A stretch of 64,000 nucleotides of DNA, taken from assembly GCA_963793305.1 (NCBI GenBank), contig CAWBZV010000003.1, positions 544,001 through 608,000 of the forward strand, in the 5' to 3' direction. Under the pieces are notes generated by a model. That model was not told the origin of the DNA and ran no database searches. It worked only from the letters and a program-made list of their open reading frames with translations. Shown here one piece after another: positions 59,809 to 64,000 of this stretch. This stretch comes from an uncultured Gemmatimonadales bacterium (GTDB lineage Bacteria > Gemmatimonadota > Gemmatimonadetes > Gemmatimonadales > Gemmatimonadaceae). Both the position numbers and the translations under genes were made by a program. Every line of letters starts with the position of its first letter. Positions within the stretch are counted from its first letter, which is position 1.

Positions 59809-60444
59809 CACGACGAGATCATAGGGGGCGAGCGCCCGCGGCAAACCCCATGGCCGCGGATACCGCGTCAGCCATAACGTCGGATCCGCGAGCGCGGCCG
59901 CAACGCGCTGGCGGCCACCCTGGAAATCGACCTCGGGATCGACGCCGGTCAGCGCTCTCCACGCGGCGTCCGTCCACACGTGCATGCGCGGTATCACGGC
60001 GAGCACCCGGCCGCCCGTACGGGTCACCCGCAACGACTCGCGGAGACACGCGGCCGGATCGGGCATGAACTCGAGCGCGCTGATGATGACCACCGCGTCG
60101 AAACTCCCGTCCGCGAACGGCAGCGCCTGCCCGCTCGCCTGCGCCGCCATCACCGAAATCCCGTCGGCGCTATAGGAGCGCACAACGGCAGCACCGCGCG
60201 AATGGACGTCAATGCCGACCAGCGTCCGCGCGTGACGAGACAGCTCGTGGAAGAAAATCCCGCTGCCGTACCCGATCTCCAACACCGCGTCGGACCTCGG
60301 CGGAAGCACGTCCCGCACCCACCGCAACCGCTGTCGCAGCATCCAACCGGCGCCGCCCGTGTAGTACTGCGTCACGAAATCGACCGGACCGGTTACGGGG
60401 AGATGTCCCCGCGCGGGGAGATGAAGTGGCGACGACAACGGCAT
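59674..60444 (-). CDS. Class I SAM-dependent methyltransferase
   Basis: VLEIGYGSG, ALPFADGSFDAV, LRVTRTGG; its 3' end overlaps the convergent GH3 gene. Confidence 0.85.
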   Translation of the reverse strand: MPLSSPLHLPARGHLPVTGPVDFVTQYYTGGAGWMLRQRLRWVRDVLPPRSDAVLEIGYGSGIFFHELSRHARTLVGIDVHSRGAAVVRSYSADGISVMAAQASGQALPFADGSFDAVVIISALEFMPDPAACLRESLRVTRTGGRVLAVIPRMHVWTDAAWRALTGVDPEVDFQGGRQRVAAALADPTLWLTRYPRPWGLPRALAPYDLVVLRPDRRVDRRSFNRIRSHVYVDRRRLVYAEAAPRDRKRQRAVFA

Positions 60445-60492
60445 CCCTGGCGTACTATGGCAATCGGCGGGCCGCGGCATAGCTTGGTGGCC

Positions 60493-62177
60493 ATGCAACG
60501 ACAACGCCTCCTCGTGCTCGCTTCGCTCGCCCTCGTCGCTTCACGCGCCGACGCGCAAGGTGACGCGTCGACCCGACGGCCGATCACCATGGCGGGACGG
60601 TCAGCCGTCTATGCACCCCACGGCGTCGTCGCCACGAGTCAGCCGCTCGCGAGTGCTGCCGGGCTCGCTGTGCTGGAACACGGTGGAAACGCCATCGACG
60701 CGGCCGTGACTGCGGCGGCGGTCCTTGGGCTGGTCGAGCCCATGATGACTGGGCCCGGCGGTGACGTCTTCGCCATCGTCTGGTCGGCGAAAGACCACAA
60801 GCTCATCGGGCTCAATGCGAGCGGGCGAGCGGGGTCCTTGATGACACGCGAAGCGCTCATCGCGCGTGGCCGCACGTCGGTGCCGCACTCCAGCGTGGAA
60901 GCGGTCATCGTGCCGGGCGCCGTCGCCGGATGGCAAGCGCTCCTCTCGCGCTACGGCACCCTCACGCTCGCCCAGGCACTCGCGCCGGCGATCAAGCTCG
61001 CCGATGGCGGGTTCCCTGTGTCGCCCATCATTGCGCGCGACTGGAATGCCGCGGCTGAGTTGCTGAAAAAAGATGAAGGGGCGCGAAAAACTCTTCTGAT
61101 CAACGGCGATCACACACCGGCCGCCGGCGAGTGGTTCAGCAACCCCGATTATGCGACGTCCTTGAAAGCAATCGCCGCGAACGGGCCCGGCGAGATCTAC
61201 GGCGGGCCACTGGGACAGCGCATCGTCGATCGCGTCAAAGCACTCGGCGGGTTCCTGACGCTGGACGACATGAAAAAAGAGAAGGCGACCTGGGTCGAGC
61301 CCATCTCGGTCCCGTTCAAGGGATACAGAGTCTGGGAGCTGCCGCCGAACAACCAAGGCGTGGCGGTCCTCGAGATGCTCCGCATGCTCGACGCCGATGA
61401 CCTGACGCGCGCTCGGCTACAACTCCCCCGCCTATCTGCACCGCCTCGTCGAGGCCAAGAAGCTCGCCTACGCCGACCTCGCGCAATACGTCGGCGATCC
61501 CGACGCGATGACCGTCCCCGCCTCACACCTCTTCGCCGACGATTTTGTTGCGCAACGCCGAGCGCAGCTCGATGCGGCGACGAGCGCGACGGATCGGGTC
61601 GATCCCGGTCCGGCGGCGACGCGATCCGAGACGATCTACCTAACGGCCGCCGACAAAGACGGCAACATGATCTCGTTTATCAATAGCCTGTATGATGAAT
61701 TTGGATCGGGCGTGGTGGTGCCGGGCACCGGGTTCGCGCTCGAAGACCGCGGTGCGGGATTCACGCTGCAACCGGGCATGGCGAATACAGTGGCGCCGGG
61801 CAAGCGGCCGTTCCATACGTTGATACCGGCGTTCGTCACGAAAGACAACGAGCCGTACCTGAGCTTCGGCCTCATGGGCGGTGCGATGCAGGCGCAAGGC
61901 CACGTGCAGGTGTTGCTCGATCTCCTCGTCTTTCACATGGGACTCCAGGAAGCCATCGATCAGCCGCGGTGGCGACACTTCAGCGGCAAGCAGCTCGGCC
62001 TCGAGACCGCATTCCCCGACGCCACGCGCAACGCGCTCGTCGCGATGGGACACGAGCTGCTCCCCGACAGTGCGCTGGTTGGCGCATTCGGGGGCTCGCA
62101 GAATGATTCGCAAGCTCGCCCGCGGCTGGGAAGCCGCGTCCGACCCGCGCAAAGACGGCGAAGCAGTCGGGTACTGA
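60493..62177 (+). CDS. ggt: Gamma-glutamyltransferase; frameshifts at ~61410 and ~62102
   Basis: GGNAIDAAV, ELPPNNQG, nucleophile-Thr region ETIYLTAADKDGNMIS, PGKRPFHTLIP, MGGAMQAQGH, ASDPRKDGEAVGY. Confidence 0.93.
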
Positions 62178-62179
62178 TC

Positions 62180-63085
62180 GTGAAGAAGAAAGTCCGCATC
62201 ATCGGCGTCCCGCTCGACCTCGGGGCGAGTCGGCGCGGCGTCGACATGGGCCCGTCGGCGCTCCGCATCGCGCGGTTGGCCGAGCGCATGCGGGAGCTCG
62301 GCTTCGACGTCGAAGATCGCGGCAATGTCGTCGTCGGCCAGCGCGAGCAACTGGCGGGGATCGGGCAGGATGCCTACACGGCCATCGCCGACGTCTGTCG
62401 CGCGCTCGCCGTATCAACGGCCGAAGCCGTGCGCGATGGCGTGAGCCCGCTTGTTCTCGGCGGCGATCACTCGCTCGCCATGGGATCCGTCGCCGGTGTA
62501 GCCACGGCGCTCGCCGAGCGGAACGAGAGGCTCGGCGTGATCTGGCTCGACGCGCACGGCGATATCAATACGCCCGAGTCGAGCGAAAGCGGCAACATCC
62601 ATGGCATGCCGCTGGCCCATCTCCTGGGCCAAGGGGACGAGCGACTCTCGCGCATCGCCAAGCCGTACCCCGCGATACGCGAGGAGAATCTGGTGATGGT
62701 GGGACTACGGGATCTCGACCAGGCCGAACGCATCACGATCGGCAAGCTCGGCATCGCCGCCTACACCATGCGCGATATCGACCAACGAGGACTCGCGACC
62801 ATTATGGCCGAGGCGATTCAGGTGGCGAGCAAGGGTACGGGCGGGATCCACGTGTCGTGCGATCCCGACTGGATCGATCCGATCGAGGCGCCAGGAGTCG
62901 GAACGCCCGTGCGGGGCGGGGCGACGTTTCGGGAAGCGCACCTCGCGCTTGAGATGGTCGCGGACTCCGGGATGATGGTCTCGATGGACCTGGTCGAAAT
63001 CAATCCCGTGCTCGACGATCGGAACCGGACGGCCTCACTCGCCGTCGATCTGATCGTCAGTGCCTACGGCAAACGCATTCTGTAA
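62180..63085 (+). CDS. rocF: Arginase
   Basis: GVDMGPSALR, LGGDHS, DAHGDIN, SGNIHGMP, APGVGTPVRGG, VEINP. Confidence 0.93.
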   Translation: MKKKVRIIGVPLDLGASRRGVDMGPSALRIARLAERMRELGFDVEDRGNVVVGQREQLAGIGQDAYTAIADVCRALAVSTAEAVRDGVSPLVLGGDHSLAMGSVAGVATALAERNERLGVIWLDAHGDINTPESSESGNIHGMPLAHLLGQGDERLSRIAKPYPAIREENLVMVGLRDLDQAERITIGKLGIAAYTMRDIDQRGLATIMAEAIQVASKGTGGIHVSCDPDWIDPIEAPGVGTPVRGGATFREAHLALEMVADSGMMVSMDLVEINPVLDDRNRTASLAVDLIVSAYGKRIL

Positions 63086-63778
63086 GAACGCCAGCACGCG
63101 CTGCCACGCCTCCGGCGCATGCACCGCGGCCTGCGGCGTCCCCGCGAATCGGAAGAACGCATGCCCCTCCTCACGGTACATCGTGAGCGAGAACGCCTTC
63201 TCGTTCTCAATCAGGGTATCCTGAATCTTCTGAATGTCAGGCCCGGGAATGCTCTCATCCATGCCGCCAAACACGAGGAAGAGCGGCGACTGGATCTGGG
63301 GCGTGTAGTCGAGCATCGGCGGGCGACCGTCGTACGGCGACCGCACGATCTGCGAGCCATAGAACGAGATCGCCGCCCGAATGTCGTCGAACGTCGCCGT
63401 CATAAACGCGACGGACCCACCCCAGCAGAACCCCCACGTCGCCACTTCGCCCGACGCCTCAGCCTGTCCCCTTACCCAGTCGATCGCGGCCCGGATGTCC
63501 GACCGGACGTCATCATGCGACAGCTGATTGACCGCCGCGCGCCCGCGTGCCATCCCGTCCTTGTCGTACGGCGCCAGGAAGTTCTTGTCCGTCCGGTGGA
63601 ACAGCGCCGGCAGAACCGCCAGATACCCCTCGCCCGCCATCATGTCGGCGATGTGCTGGAGCTCGGGAGTGATCCCGAAGATCTCCTGCAGCATGATGAC
63701 CGCCGGAAATGGCCCGTTACCCTCCGGCCGGGCGACGTACATGGGCATCGCCCCGTCGCGAGTCTCGATCTCGATCAC
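63035..63778 (-). CDS. Dienelactone hydrolase family protein
   Basis: QEIFGI, GFCWGG nucleophile elbow, GHAFF; TATAAT lies 5 nt before the GTG. Confidence 0.92.
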   Translation of the reverse strand: MIEIETRDGAMPMYVARPEGNGPFPAVIMLQEIFGITPELQHIADMMAGEGYLAVLPALFHRTDKNFLAPYDKDGMARGRAAVNQLSHDDVRSDIRAAIDWVRGQAEASGEVATWGFCWGGSVAFMTATFDDIRAAISFYGSQIVRSPYDGRPPMLDYTPQIQSPLFLVFGGMDESIPGPDIQKIQDTLIENEKAFSLTMYREEGHAFFRFAGTPQAAVHAPEAWQRVLAFLQNAFAVGTDDQIDGE

Positions 63779-64000
63779 GCCCTATTATAACGCGCTACAG
63801 TCACGTGGAACGCCTCGGCCACGAGTGCGGTATGCGCTGCCGCAGCGCCGCCCGACGACATATGGGCGCAGGCGATCTGCTGTACCGAACATCGCCGAAG
63901 CCCATATGTCGTCGGGCCCCCCCGCGACTCAGCCCTGTCCGAGCTCCCCGGCAAGATCGATGACCCGGGCGATCCGGTCGGTAGCATGCCGCCAATTCTC

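Noticed and set aside
769..62110. Mass pseudogenisation or programmed frameshifting of many genes
   Set aside because: The lesions are single indels, mostly in one sequence context, with no in-frame stops or slippery heptamers. Sequencing error is the simpler explanation.
61508..63085. Apparent GGT small subunit-arginase fusion (525 aa)
   Set aside because: A +1 base at ~62102 shifts the frame. The real GGT end (ASDPRKDGEAVGY*) is at 62177 and arginase starts at 62180.
1..64000. CRISPR array, rRNA, integrase or transposase
   Set aside because: I saw no regularly spaced repeat-spacer array, rRNA-like sequence or recombinase/transposase motifs by eye; short degenerate remnants could be missed.

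Overview
GC-rich bacterial DNA. Gene content and style suggest Gemmatimonadota, but that is inference. Positions ~1-40.9 kb look like accessory or island cargo: a CsoR/RcnR-controlled P1B-ATPase operon, an ECF sigma/anti-sigma/TonB module with a co-regulated membrane redox operon, a KdpDE-like pair divergent from a CzcCBA-like RND pump, a zone of decayed genes, a complete Ehr (hydrogenase-4-like, no NiFe ligands) complex bracketed by shared TetR boxes, and three defence-like genes. This stretch ends at an internally truncated tRNA-Phe flanked by att-arm-like repeats. The right part (41-64 kb) holds accessory membrane genes and housekeeping-type hydrolases. The most unusual structure is at 50.4-54.3 kb, where the 3' ends of two convergent genes (an NHL-repeat protein and a CocE/NonD hydrolase) are each duplicated, partly synonymously recoded, and fused at one junction. 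This gives interleaved direct repeats around two alternative gene cassettes. Also notable are an unannotated 37-aa secreted peptide directly upstream of a TPR protein, and nine frameshifts that are all the same +A error in GACGT(C), probably a systematic (possibly methylation-linked) sequencing artefact. That error also creates a false CsoR-ATPase fusion.
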